A stretch of DNA of 64,000 nt from NCBI GenBank assembly GCA_965218295.1, contig CBDCKN010000013.1, positions 416,001 through 480,000 on the forward strand. Direction: 5' to 3'. The notes below the pieces were generated by a model. It made no database searches. It saw only the letters and a program-made list of their open reading frames with translations, and was not told the origin of the DNA. This stretch comes from Longimicrobiales bacterium. Lineage in GTDB: Bacteria; Gemmatimonadota; Gemmatimonadetes; Longimicrobiales; Gaopeijiaceae. Below are positions 48,282 to 58,254 of the stretch, piece by piece (position 1 is the first letter of the stretch; the number at the start of each line of letters is the position of its first letter). The position numbers were made by a program, and so were the translations under genes.

Positions 48282-48748
48282 GCCCCGAAAAGCCCGGCTT
48301 TCGGCTGCAGCTCCGCTCCGGCCCTCCTGAAGTCCCGCAGCACGGTCTCGAGGTGGCGCTTCTGGATCCCGGTCAGGCCCGCTCCGTCATCCGTCTCCGC
48401 AAACGCCTGCAGACGAATCCACAGGGTCTCGTTGAGGGTGATCCGGGTCCAGAACTCCGTGATCTCCGGCAGCACCTCGTTGAAGGTTTCCCGGAGTTCT
48501 GGCGTCTCCGCCACCGACAGGAGGTGCGTGACTGGGGCGATACGGGTCTTCACGCGCTCCATCACGTCGTCGAGTCGCTCGAGCGTATTGGCGTAGCTCG
48601 GCGGGAGCGGACCCGAGCACAGCGCCTCGATGGCCTGACGGGCCTCTTCCAGAATCTGTCGGACCCCCGGCACTACATGTGACGCTTCGATCTGGTCGAA
48701 GGGGATACGTGGGAGATCGAGGAGAAGGGGGTTGGAGCTGAAGGACAT
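48278..48748 (-). pseudogene. N-terminal fragment of an M3-family oligopeptidase (PrlC-like)
   Basis: SNPLL...IPFDQI...HLLSVAETPELRE...LRDFRRAGAEL, then a stop at 156 aa; no HExxH motif. Confidence 0.78.
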
Positions 48749-48891
48749 AGGGTACCAGTTCGAACGGGAGCTGGTAAATCGGAAGTGGTCTTCACGACGG
48801 ATCCCCGCGTCGGACTCGCTGCGGTAAGCTGCGGCCAACGGGGATCCGGCGCCACCCCCCCCGAACTTCGAACCGAATTGAGGTGGGTGCC

Positions 48892-50043
48892 CTAGTCGGC
48901 CAGTTTGGGGACGGGCTTTTGAGTCCGCCAGAGGTCCGTATCGGGGACGAAGGTGGCCCAGGCGAACCAGAAGGACACGTAGGCCTCGGGAACCTGCACC
49001 AGCCTCTGTCCCTCCATGCTCCCCGAGATCGCACGCCCTTCCAGGGTCCACTCGCTGCCGGACTGGACGTCGACGTAACGTCCCTCCAAAACCTCGAAGG
49101 TCAGCGCCTGGCCCCCGACGGTGGTCCGGAAGGCCACCGCCGCTTTGGCGTCGCGGTCCCAGAACACCACGATATCCTGCCCGTCTGCCTGGGAGTGAAC
49201 GACTCTTCGGTCGCCTCCCGAGTCCAGGGCGTTGAACGGGAAGGCCATACCGCCACCATCCACGAAGGGAATCCCCAACACGCGCTCCTTGGGCGGGCGC
49301 CGGTCGTCGAAGTCACCCTGCGGGAACAGGGTCCTGGCGTTGTTCAGGCTCTCGTAGTCGCCGTACGGATACCGCTGATAAGTACGGGTGAACTGCGTGG
49401 AGACCGAGATGACCTTCGTGTCCGGGTGAAGGTCCACCCACGCGTCCCAACGCATCTCGATGGCGGCGAGCATCTCCAGCATCTGTCCGTCGCGCGGCCC
49501 ACAGCGCGCTCCTCGCATCATCTGGGGCCAGAGGGACTGATCCTCGGTGCGATCGTACAGGATCAGGTTGTTCTGAAAGATCAGGCCCGATACGCCGAAC
49601 TCGGCTCCACCGGCGGCCGTGCGGTCGTAGACCATGCTGGACCCCGTGAGGGGGCAGTAGGTGACGGCCAAGGGGGTCGAGAGGGCGTTGAAGTTCACGA
49701 TCTCGTGCCGCCAGAGGATGTTGTGGGGGATCGCGATATAGGTCCCGTCGATCTCCATCCCGATCACCCGATCCCACGTCCGGACGTAGCTGGCACCTGG
49801 ATCGTTGATCCCCACGAGCTCGGGATCGGACAGCGCAGGGATGCCGTCGAGACCGACACCGCCCGAGAAGATGAGGCTCTCGGGGATGCTGCAGGTGCCG
49901 TCTTCCTCTCGCTGGAGCTTCGGGCTGGTGCCGTCGGAGGAGTCGCCACAGGCGGCGGCCATCAGGGCGAGAGCGAAGGCGATGGCCATAACTTCGGGGG
50001 GCATTCTAGCCGGTGTATGTCGCGTCATTCTCCGTCGGGTCAC
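48892..50043 (-). CDS. DUF3179-domain lipoprotein
   Basis: GGVGLDGIPAL, ILWRHEIVN, TYCPLTGS, FGVSGL, FWFAW, lipobox LMAAAC. Start uncertain. Confidence 0.85.
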   Translation of the reverse strand: MTRRRMTRHTPARMPPEVMAIAFALALMAAACGDSSDGTSPKLQREEDGTCSIPESLIFSGGVGLDGIPALSDPELVGINDPGASYVRTWDRVIGMEIDGTYIAIPHNILWRHEIVNFNALSTPLAVTYCPLTGSSMVYDRTAAGGAEFGVSGLIFQNNLILYDRTEDQSLWPQMMRGARCGPRDGQMLEMLAAIEMRWDAWVDLHPDTKVISVSTQFTRTYQRYPYGDYESLNNARTLFPQGDFDDRRPPKERVLGIPFVDGGGMAFPFNALDSGGDRRVVHSQADGQDIVVFWDRDAKAAVAFRTTVGGQALTFEVLEGRYVDVQSGSEWTLEGRAISGSMEGQRLVQVPEAYVSFWFAWATFVPDTDLWRTQKPVPKLAD

Positions 50044-50308
50044 GGTCGCTCAGTCGGCTGCGTTCCTGGGGCCACGTTAGAAACTCGCGGAGGCCCGGTG
50101 CCGGTTCCCACGCGCCGCATGAGATCACCCATGATTCGTGTGCGGCTCCCAACGCGAGGCTCTAGGTCATACCAGGCGGAACGGGCCGTCGCACACTATT
50201 CTCGATCCCAATCCAAGGCCGAGGGACACGACAGACACCCTCCGACAAAGGGCCGAACCGCATCAGGGATATCGCCGGCCAAGCGTCCGGGTCCACCGCC
50301 TGTGGAGC

Positions 50309-50712
50309 CTAAGTGGCCTGGTCTCCGTGGATTCGCTTGGTGAGCGCTGGGACTAGGCCCAAGGAGCGTGCGTAGGTAGCGAGCTGACCGCAGTGGTAGT
50401 ACTCGTGGGCGCCGGCATAGAAGACATATGTCACGCGTTTCCATGTCCCCCCGTCGAACCGCTTGATGTCGTGAGACCAAATGGTCCTCACCCGCGGCAC
50501 GGATGCGCTCCTTGCACGTCTCCAGTGAAGATTCGAGCGCTGCGAGGAGTTGGCTCGGGGTCATGGCTTGGGGCAAGTGTCCGGCGTGATCCAATACGTG
50601 GTCTTGAGGCGACCGCCTCGTGAAGTCCCCATCAGGATCCGCCGCCTCACCGATGAGCATCAGGCTCGCTTCGATGATGTGGCGTACGAGCTCCGAGGCA
50701 CTCTTCGCGTCG
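50309..50712 (-). pseudogene. DinB-family protein, 5'-truncated by the IS and frameshifted
   Basis: AKSASELVRHII... continues in another frame as ...AHEYYHCGQLATYARSLGLVP. Confidence 0.72.
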
Positions 50713-50785
50713 CCCTCTCTGCCAACTTACGTGAGACACGGAGCAGCTAAGGAATTAGAGTAGGGCGAAGGCAGAGAAACCGAGG

Positions 50786-51235
50786 ATGCTGAGACACCGA
50801 GAGAGAATGAAAGAGAATGGAATAGCCCCACCAACCTGGGACGGTAAGCGAAGCGCGGCAGCTCCTGCGGACTCGGAGGTGGTAGATAGGCCGCTGCGCC
50901 GGCGGTTCGCTCCGTCGTACAAGCTGCGGATCGTCGAAGAAGCGGACCGGTGCACGGAGCCCGGAGAGGTTGGCCGACTCCTACGGCGGGAGGGCTTGTA
51001 CTCGTCGCACCTGACGACATGGCGCAAGGCGGCGCATAGCGGGTCCCTGAAAGCGCTGTCGAAGAAACGAGGCCGTAAGCGCGAGCGCAATCCGCTGGAG
51101 GAGAAGGTGCGCAAGCTGGAGCGCGAGAACACTCGCCTCGAGAAGGAGCTCCAGAAGGCGCACTTGATCATCGACGTCCAGGGAAAAGTTGCAGGGCTGC
51201 TGGGATTGAGCCTCGAGGACGGGACGAACTCATGA
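50786..51235 (+). CDS. IS3-family transposase OrfA
   Basis: Protein identical to copy 1. Confidence 0.9.
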   Translation: MLRHRERMKENGIAPPTWDGKRSAAAPADSEVVDRPLRRRFAPSYKLRIVEEADRCTEPGEVGRLLRREGLYSSHLTTWRKAAHSGSLKALSKKRGRKRERNPLEEKVRKLERENTRLEKELQKAHLIIDVQGKVAGLLGLSLEDGTNS

Positions 51236-52239
51236 AGGCGACCCAGGAGCTAGCCAAGCACGTAGGGGTGAAGCCCGCGTGCGATGCGCTCAGGGTGCCG
51301 CGAGCCACGTTCTACCGTCGTCGGAGTGCATCGACCGGGCATCAGCAGCCCCGCCCGACCCCCGCCCGGGCCTTAAGTGAGAGGGAGCGGGACAAGATTT
51401 TCGACACCCTGTGTTCGGAGCGGTTCGTGGACCGGTCCCCAGCCGAGGTGGTGGCGACGCTGCTCGACGAGGACGTCTACCTGTGCAGCGAGCGTACGAT
51501 GTATCGCGTTCTGGCTTCCCAGGTGCCGGTTCAGGAGCGTCGAGCGCAGCGGAGTCATCCCAAATACCAGAAGCCCGAGTTGATGGCGAGGGGCCCGAAC
51601 CAGGTCTGGTCCTGGGATATCACCCGGCTGCTGGGGCCGAAGAAGTGGAGTTACTTCTACCTCTACGTGATCCTGGACATCTTCAGCCGCTACGTCGTGG
51701 GATGGATGGTGGCGGATCGGGAGAACTCTGCCCTGGCCAGCCGGCTGATCCAGCAGAGTTGCTTGAAGCATGGCGTCCAGCCCCACCTCCTGACCCTGCA
51801 TTCCGATCGAGGGGCTCCGATGACGAGCCAATGCACGGCTCAACTACTCGCCGATCTCGGCGTGACCCGCTCGTTGGGCCGACCCCAGGTCTCGGATGAC
51901 AATCCGTTCTCCGAGGCTCAGTTCAAGACCTTGAAGTACCATCCCTCGTTTCCCGGCCGGTTCGGGGATCAGGGGCAAGCCAAGACCTTCTGTCGCTCGT
52001 TCTTCCGTTGGTATAATGCCGAGCACCGCCATGGCGGCATCTCGATGCTGACCCCCGAACAGGTCCACTTCGGTCACGCCGATCGGATCATCGCCTGCAG
52101 GAAGGCCGTGCTCCGTGAGGCATGGGCCGCTCATCCCGAGCGCTTCGTCTCCGGTGAGCCGAAGCCTAAACCACTCCCGGAGGCCGTCTGGATCAATCCT
52201 CCCACCCCATCCCTCACTACACAGGAGATTGCTCTCTAA
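51232..52239 (+). CDS. IS3-family transposase OrfB
   Basis: DDE motifs as in copy 1. Confidence 0.95.
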   Translation: MKATQELAKHVGVKPACDALRVPRATFYRRRSASTGHQQPRPTPARALSERERDKIFDTLCSERFVDRSPAEVVATLLDEDVYLCSERTMYRVLASQVPVQERRAQRSHPKYQKPELMARGPNQVWSWDITRLLGPKKWSYFYLYVILDIFSRYVVGWMVADRENSALASRLIQQSCLKHGVQPHLLTLHSDRGAPMTSQCTAQLLADLGVTRSLGRPQVSDDNPFSEAQFKTLKYHPSFPGRFGDQGQAKTFCRSFFRWYNAEHRHGGISMLTPEQVHFGHADRIIACRKAVLREAWAAHPERFVSGEPKPKPLPEAVWINPPTPSLTTQEIAL

Positions 52240-52807
52240 TTGATTTCCAAGAGTGTCTCACTGGCGTTGACAGGTTCCGAGCGTCGCCGCGAACCCACGG
52301 AGTTGGCAGATCGCGCTTTCTCGCCGGCCATATTGAGGACTTGGCAGAGGGCTTCGGATTCTCCTCCTTGGCGCGAATCCAGCCGTCAAAAACTGTGGTC
52401 GCAGGTCACACCAAGGACAGATCCACCGCATTCAAGAAAGAAGATTGACCCGTTGTCGAGGACACCATCGTCCTCTTCAGAGCGCGGGTCCCCCAGTAGA
52501 TAGGTGCGACGTATCCGGCTGCGGTCCGGAACAGCGTCTCACCATAGCCCCCTCAAGGATCCGAATTGCTTCTTCTCGCGAAGGGACCTCTGCACCCCGT
52601 ACGGCGTCACGGCCCGCGTTTCGACCGCTCTCACCCGGCATCACGTCGCACGCCTCAGGGGAGGCTTCTCGCGGTAATCAGCAAGTAGCACTTGAGCGGA
52701 TCTAGCCCATTCCGTCATCTGGGCTCGGGATGCAATGGGTTCCGGGGCCTTGGAAGAAGCGGAGACCCAGCAACCCTAACACTCTACTGGTTCCCCTCTT
52801 ACGTCAA

Positions 52808-52880
52808 AGCTGGCGAACGGACTCGAACCGTTAACCTGCTGCTTACAAGGCAGCTGCTCTGCCAATTGAGCTACGCCAGC
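52808..52880 (-). tRNA. tRNA-Thr(TGT)
   Basis: GCTGGCGTAGCTCAATTGGCAGAGC...CTTGTAA...GGTTCGAGTCC...CGCCAGCT. Confidence 0.93.
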
Positions 52881-53360
52881 AAGTTTTTATTTTACAAATG
52901 ACTTACTGTTTATCACCGACTGCGTGATTTCGGTTTAGGGCACGTATAGGGCAGTTACCCACTTTGCATTTAGCTAGACATACCAAAAATGCCAGAAACG
53001 TCCTCAACGTGTCGAACCAGCACTCCGCGTGAAGATCGCCAGCAGAAAACGCAGTGTCCAGGGCGGCTATGATGTCCGGGGACCGGTCACACCACGAACC
53101 GGATTCGGAGCTTTTCTGCCAAGTCCGTACCACGTATCTAGCCCAGTCAACCCCCTCGTGTTCTCAAAATTGCTGGCACGGTGGCTGTTGGGGCCCACCG
53201 GCCAGCCCTGCATCGGGCTCGACCCAACGGAAAAGATAGACCGGGTGGGCGGCGGGCCAGGGGGCGACGAACAGGGCAAGGCGTTAGCGGCCCTCTAAGC
53301 CACGAGGACGCTCCAGCCTACCCAGGACCCCGAAGACGCTCAGAACGCGAATACAGGGTT

Positions 53361-53409
53361 CTGCTTGCGCCTCCCGGCCCGCTCTCGGATGTTGACCTCG
53401 GTCTGATCC
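53361..53409 (+). repeat. 49-bp direct repeat (second copy at 56080..56128, 1 mismatch)
   Basis: CTGCTTGCGCCTCCCGGCCCGCTCTCGGATGTTGACC(T/A)CGGTCTGATCC. Confidence 0.85.
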
Positions 53410-53421
53410 CGGAGTGCGCCT

Positions 53422-53523
53422 GTGTCCGATCCAGTTGTGCGCCTCAACGCAGCCCTAGACGGCCGCTACCGCATCGAGCGTGAGTTGGGCGAGGGCGGCA
53501 TGGCTACGGTGACAGTTACCTGA
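53422..53523 (+). pseudogene. N-terminal stub of a Hanks-type Ser/Thr protein kinase
   Basis: MSDPVVRLNAALDGRYRIERELGEGGMATV, then a stop. Confidence 0.75.
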
Positions 53524-53630
53524 AGGTGGCCTCGCTCGGTGTTCTAGCGATGCTGCCCCCTCTCTGCCAACTTACGTGAGACACGGAGCAGCTAAGGAAT
53601 TAGAGTAGGGCGAAGGCAGAGAAACCGAGG

Positions 53631-54080
53631 ATGCTGAGACACCGTGAGAGAATGAAAGAGAATGGAATAGCCCCACCAACCTGGGACGGTAAGCGAAGCG
53701 CGGCAGCTCCTGCGGACTCGGAGGTGGTAGATAGGCCGCTGCGCCGGCGGTTCGCTCCGTCGTACAAGCTGCGGATCGTCGAAGAAGCGGACCGGTGCAC
53801 GGAGCCCGGAGAGGTTGGCCGACTCCTACGGCGGGAGGGCTTGTACTCGTCGCACCTGACGACATGGCGCAAGGCGGCGCATAGCGGGTCCCTGAAAGCG
53901 CTGTCGAAGAAACGAGGCCGTAAGCGCGAGCGCAATCCGCTGGAGGAGAAGGTGCGCAAGCTGGAGCGCGAGAACACTCGCCTCGAGAAGGAGCTCCAGA
54001 AGGCGCACTTGATCATCGACGTCCAGGGAAAAGTTGCAGGGCTGCTGGGATTGAGCCTCGAGGACGGGACGAACTCATGA
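53631..54080 (+). CDS. IS3-family transposase OrfA
   Basis: Protein identical to copy 1. Confidence 0.9.
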   Translation: MLRHRERMKENGIAPPTWDGKRSAAAPADSEVVDRPLRRRFAPSYKLRIVEEADRCTEPGEVGRLLRREGLYSSHLTTWRKAAHSGSLKALSKKRGRKRERNPLEEKVRKLERENTRLEKELQKAHLIIDVQGKVAGLLGLSLEDGTNS

Positions 54081-55084
54081 AGGCGACCCAGGAGCTAGCC
54101 AAGCACGTAGGGGTGAAGCCCGCGTGCGATGCGCTCAGGGTGCCGCGAGCCACGTTCTACCGTCGTCGGAGTGCATCGACCGGGCATCAGCAGCCCCGCC
54201 CGACCCCCGCCCGGGCCTTAAGTGAGAGGGAGCGGGACAAGATTTTCGACACCCTGTGTTCGGAGCGGTTCGTGGACCGGTCCCCAGCCGAGGTGGTGGC
54301 GACGCTGCTCGACGAGGACGTCTACCTGTGCAGCGAGCGTACGATGTATCGCGTTCTGGCTTCCCAGGTGCCGGTTCAGGAGCGTCGAGCGCAGCGGAGT
54401 CATCCCAAATACCAGAAGCCCGAGTTGATGGCGAGGGGCCCGAACCAGGTCTGGTCCTGGGATATCACCCGGCTGCTGGGGCCGAAGAAGTGGAGTTACT
54501 TCTACCTCTACGTGATCCTGGACATCTTCAGCCGCTACGTCGTGGGATGGATGGTGGCGGATCGGGAGAACTCTGCCCTGGCCAGCCGGCTGATCCAGCA
54601 GAGTTGCTTGAAGCATGGCGTCCAGCCCCACCTCCTGACCCTGCATTCCGATCGAGGGGCTCCGATGACGAGCCAATGCACGGCTCAACTACTCGCCGAT
54701 CTCGGCGTGACCCGCTCGTTGGGCCGACCCCAGGTCTCGGATGACAATCCGTTCTCCGAGGCTCAGTTCAAGACCTTGAAGTACCATCCCTCGTTTCCCG
54801 GCCGGTTCGGGGATCAGGGGCAAGCCAAGACCTTCTGTCGCTCGTTCTTCCGTTGGTATAATGCCGAGCACCGCCATGGCGGCATCTCGATGCTGACCCC
54901 CGAACAGGTCCACTTCGGTCACGCCGATCGGATCATCGCCTGCAGGAAGGCCGTGCTCCGTGAGGCATGGGCCGCTCATCCCGAGCGCTTCGTCTCCGGT
55001 GAGCCGAAGCCTAAACCACTCCCGGAGGCCGTCTGGATCAATCCTCCCACCCCATCCCTCACTACACAGGAGATTGCTCTCTAA
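54077..55084 (+). CDS. IS3-family transposase OrfB
   Basis: Protein identical to copy 2. Confidence 0.95.
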   Translation: MKATQELAKHVGVKPACDALRVPRATFYRRRSASTGHQQPRPTPARALSERERDKIFDTLCSERFVDRSPAEVVATLLDEDVYLCSERTMYRVLASQVPVQERRAQRSHPKYQKPELMARGPNQVWSWDITRLLGPKKWSYFYLYVILDIFSRYVVGWMVADRENSALASRLIQQSCLKHGVQPHLLTLHSDRGAPMTSQCTAQLLADLGVTRSLGRPQVSDDNPFSEAQFKTLKYHPSFPGRFGDQGQAKTFCRSFFRWYNAEHRHGGISMLTPEQVHFGHADRIIACRKAVLREAWAAHPERFVSGEPKPKPLPEAVWINPPTPSLTTQEIAL

Positions 55085-55176
55085 TTGATTTCCAAGAGTG
55101 TCTCACTGGCGTTGACAGGTTCCGCCCCGCCTTCCAGTCCAAGCCTTCCGTCGTCAAAGTGGTTTTGTAAACGTGA

Positions 55177-55776
55177 CTACGTGAACATTCTCGGGAGAAA
55201 ACGTCCTGTGCGTTTCATATAGTCGCGATACTCATCTCCGAATTCTTCGACCAGGTTGGCTTCTTCCTGAGGTATGCGGATGAGGAGAAACACCATCATC
55301 ACTCCAAGGAGTACCATGAAAATCCACTTGGCGGATAGCAGGCCCATGCTCAACCAAAACGTGCTTCCGGCGCTATAGAGAGGATGTCTCACCCAATGGT
55401 ATGGGCCGGTTGTCACGAGGGCATGATCGGCGCGCGTCTTGTGGGTGGGGGTGATGTTGCGTCCAATGTGTTTGAACAGCCAGAAGAAGCAACTGATCAT
55501 CATTACGGCAATTGCGCCGCCTAAGATGCGTACCCACACGGGAATACTAAATGATGCCCACTGAACCCACGCGGGGTTGATGGCGTAGGCCACGATGAAC
55601 GACAGCATCGACAGCATAAACGTCAGGCGAAACAGAATGAAGGGGATACCACCGCCCCCTTCGAGAAGGTCTTCGCTGCTCTGTCTCGCCGCCTTCGATC
55701 GGAAATAGATGCTGATTGATATCGCAGAAACGAAGAGCAGCGTTGTCGCTGTGCTATAGAGTCTTTCGTTTTCCAT
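55177..55776 (-). CDS. Isoprenylcysteine carboxyl methyltransferase (ICMT/PEMT) family membrane protein
   Basis: LVTTGPYHWVRHPLYS, EEANLVEEFGDEYRDYMKRTGRFLP. Confidence 0.88.
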   Translation of the reverse strand: MENERLYSTATTLLFVSAISISIYFRSKAARQSSEDLLEGGGGIPFILFRLTFMLSMLSFIVAYAINPAWVQWASFSIPVWVRILGGAIAVMMISCFFWLFKHIGRNITPTHKTRADHALVTTGPYHWVRHPLYSAGSTFWLSMGLLSAKWIFMVLLGVMMVFLLIRIPQEEANLVEEFGDEYRDYMKRTGRFLPRMFT

Positions 55777-56298
55777 GAGGCGAGTATGACGGAAGGAAGT
55801 CCAACCGATGTACCGGCTGAGAAGGCATGGTACGTCGGGGCGAGGCAGGCGACAACGAGCGTGGGAGGTCGGGGGTCGAGGAGCGCATTTTCATGGTGAC
55901 CAACTGGTTCGAGGAACTCAAGGCACGGGTGCCCAATTGACCCGCCCGGTCCCCTGGCTTCGCGTCTTCGTGGAAGGCGTGGTGATCGTCGGCAAACTGG
56001 AGAATTAGCGGCCTCGCATCAGTCCCATCCAGCCATCGCCCAACCTCAGCATCACCCATAGCTGAGCGCATGGCACCTGCTGCTTGCGCCTCCCGGCCCG
56101 CTCTCGGATGTTGACCACGGTCTGATCCTAGGCGCTGCTCGATGGGGGGGGTTCCGTGAAGAAGAAGGCTGTCTCCCACACGGAGGACGTGACCATGCAT
56201 AAAGCAGTTCATCTGGGGATGCTCTTCCTCGCCTATGGTAGGGCGGGGCATCTCGCCCTAGGTCTTTTGATTGACACCATCTTCAGGAGGGCTTCCCT

Positions 56299-57888
56299 AT
56301 GTTCCCCCTGACGGAACCGCCCAGGCTCGTGCTAGCCCTTGCACTCCTTGTCACGGCCGGATGTTCTGATACTAGGCCACAAATGAAGAACTTGACGCAT
56401 GAGGACCCGATTGTCCGGCGGACCGCTGCGGATGCCTTGAGACAAATGGGACCGGACGCTGGGGAGGCTGTGCCTCATCTCATCGAAGCATTGGCGGATA
56501 GAGATGTGACAGTGCAGGAGGCCAGCAGGAGAGCTCTCGCGAGCATCGGCGCAGCGGCCGTGCCCGGTCTCATCGAGGCGCTGCAAGACCCCGAACCTGA
56601 GACATCTAACGCGGCGCTCATCGCGAACTTTGCTGTCGCGAAGATCTTGGGGAGCATTGGTACACCGGCCGTGGCAGGTCTTATCGAGTTGCTCCGGGAT
56701 AAGGATTCGCGCGCCCGCTCATGGTCCGTAATCGCGTTACGTCGCATCGGGCCGGACGCGGCGAATGCTGTTCCCCATCTCATCGGGATTCTTGCGAATA
56801 ACGACGAGTCGGAAACACTGCGCATGGATGTTGCTGGTGCCTTGGGGGACATGGGTCCGGACGCCAGGGCGGCCGTCCCCTCCCTCATCCAAGCGTTAGA
56901 GGACGCAGCTTCGATCCGGGGGCCAGGCGCTGACGCCCTACGACACTACACTGCCCAAGCACTAGGCCAGATTGGTCCGGACGCTAACCTGGCCATACCT
57001 GCTCTCAGAAAGTTACTGGGTCATCGAAGCGAAAGAGTGCGCACATCGGCAGCCGTTGCCCTGGCATTCATTAGCCCAGATGCGGGATACGGTGTCGATG
57101 AATCGAAAAGATTGATCACGGTCCTCGGGGAGGCGCTTTCTTCAGAGAACAGTCCGGAGATCCATGAGCGGATTCAGCAGGCAAGTGACCTTTTGAACCG
57201 TAGGGTTACCGAGTCCGAGACGACCGACCTAGAGGCCCAAGTGTTAGAGCTCAGCCTTGCCGTTATCGAGGACAGCCGTATGGCTGCCCTTCGAATTCTC
57301 AGGACTCACAACCCACCGGCAGAAGCGATATCCGCCCTGTGCAATGTACTACAACGGGAGAACGTAGCGCCTCCGAGAGACGACCAGGGACTAAAGGTGT
57401 TTGCTGCGCTCGTGACCGGGGTTCTCTTCGTCGCTGTCTTGAATGATCACCCCGATCAAGACCTTGAGCCTCTCGTTGCCGATTGCGTGCTCGGTACGGC
57501 GCAGTTGCTCGACGCGCGTGGAGATATCCGGCGCCCGCCAGGTAACCGCCAGTTTGCTCTTCTTGTCGCCATGGTTGCAAACCTGCTGGCAGAAAACCAT
57601 CCCGCTTCCATTATCAACTTTCGAGGTGAACTCGGAGGGTCTGGCGGTATACCTAGCGGGAACATGATCGAACTAGTGTATGAGTGGTTGGCCACGAGCC
57701 CAGAGCTAGACGTAGGACCGCTACAGGAAGCGTTTCACGAAGCATTAGCGGACGATTCTCGTCCAGATAGAAGATTCCTATGCAGGCTGGAGCTTCTGAC
57801 CGAAGGTGAGGCACAAGACTTCGTGAATGAAGCGTGTGCTGAGCGGGTAGGGATCCGGCCGCACCGATGGCCCCCATCTCATCGATAG
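56299..57888 (+). CDS. HEAT-repeat (PBS-lyase type) lipoprotein
   Basis: Lipobox LVTAGC and repeated ALGxxGPDAxxAVPxLIxAL units. Confidence 0.85.
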   Translation: MFPLTEPPRLVLALALLVTAGCSDTRPQMKNLTHEDPIVRRTAADALRQMGPDAGEAVPHLIEALADRDVTVQEASRRALASIGAAAVPGLIEALQDPEPETSNAALIANFAVAKILGSIGTPAVAGLIELLRDKDSRARSWSVIALRRIGPDAANAVPHLIGILANNDESETLRMDVAGALGDMGPDARAAVPSLIQALEDAASIRGPGADALRHYTAQALGQIGPDANLAIPALRKLLGHRSERVRTSAAVALAFISPDAGYGVDESKRLITVLGEALSSENSPEIHERIQQASDLLNRRVTESETTDLEAQVLELSLAVIEDSRMAALRILRTHNPPAEAISALCNVLQRENVAPPRDDQGLKVFAALVTGVLFVAVLNDHPDQDLEPLVADCVLGTAQLLDARGDIRRPPGNRQFALLVAMVANLLAENHPASIINFRGELGGSGGIPSGNMIELVYEWLATSPELDVGPLQEAFHEALADDSRPDRRFLCRLELLTEGEAQDFVNEACAERVGIRPHRWPPSHR

Positions 57889-58214
57889 AGGTGAACGGTG
57901 AGCCCGTGTTTGGCGTGGGAGTCGACGCACAGACTCGTTGCTCCCACTGGCGGGGACGACACGACACCATCGCCCTGCGGATGAAGTGTTGCGAGCGATG
58001 GATGGCGTGCTTCGAGTGCCATCGAGAGTGCACCGACCACCCCGCGGAGGTATGGTCTATTCACGAACGTGATCAGCGAGCCGTATTATGTGGATCATGT
58101 GGGGAGACGCTGACGATCTCCGAGTACCTCAATGCGTTGTCCTGCCTCCATTGTAGGACACGCTTCAACCCAGGGTGCGCCGATCACTACCACCTGTACT
58201 TCGAAATCGAGTAG
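57867..58214 (+). CDS. CHY zinc-finger protein
   Basis: RCSHW, CCERWMACFECH, CGSC, CLHC...FNPGCADHYHLYF. Confidence 0.88.
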   Translation: MAPISSIEVNGEPVFGVGVDAQTRCSHWRGRHDTIALRMKCCERWMACFECHRECTDHPAEVWSIHERDQRAVLCGSCGETLTISEYLNALSCLHCRTRFNPGCADHYHLYFEIE

Positions 58215-58254
58215 CAGGCGAAGCAGAGACCGGCTTGATCAACGAGGGGTTTGC

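Larger units (their letters stand above)
50713..52279 (+). mobile_element. IS3-family element, copy 2
   Basis: Same ends and ORFs as copy 1; no 3-bp target duplication. Confidence 0.95.
53558..55124 (+). mobile_element. IS3-family element, copy 3
   Basis: Same ends and ORFs as copies 1 and 2. Confidence 0.95.

Noticed and set aside
52300..52352. Short matches to the IS left end in reverse orientation (AGTTGGCAGA, TTGGCAGAGGG)
   Set aside because: Only 10-11 bp and lacking the GTGAGACAC core; may be chance.
52990..53110. Possible transposase fragment (IIAALDTAFSAGDLHAECWFDTLRT)
   Set aside because: Too short to support without a database search.
55780..56290. ORFs 55754..56251 and 55808..56008
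   Set aside because: They look like a patchwork of fragments; no family assignable.
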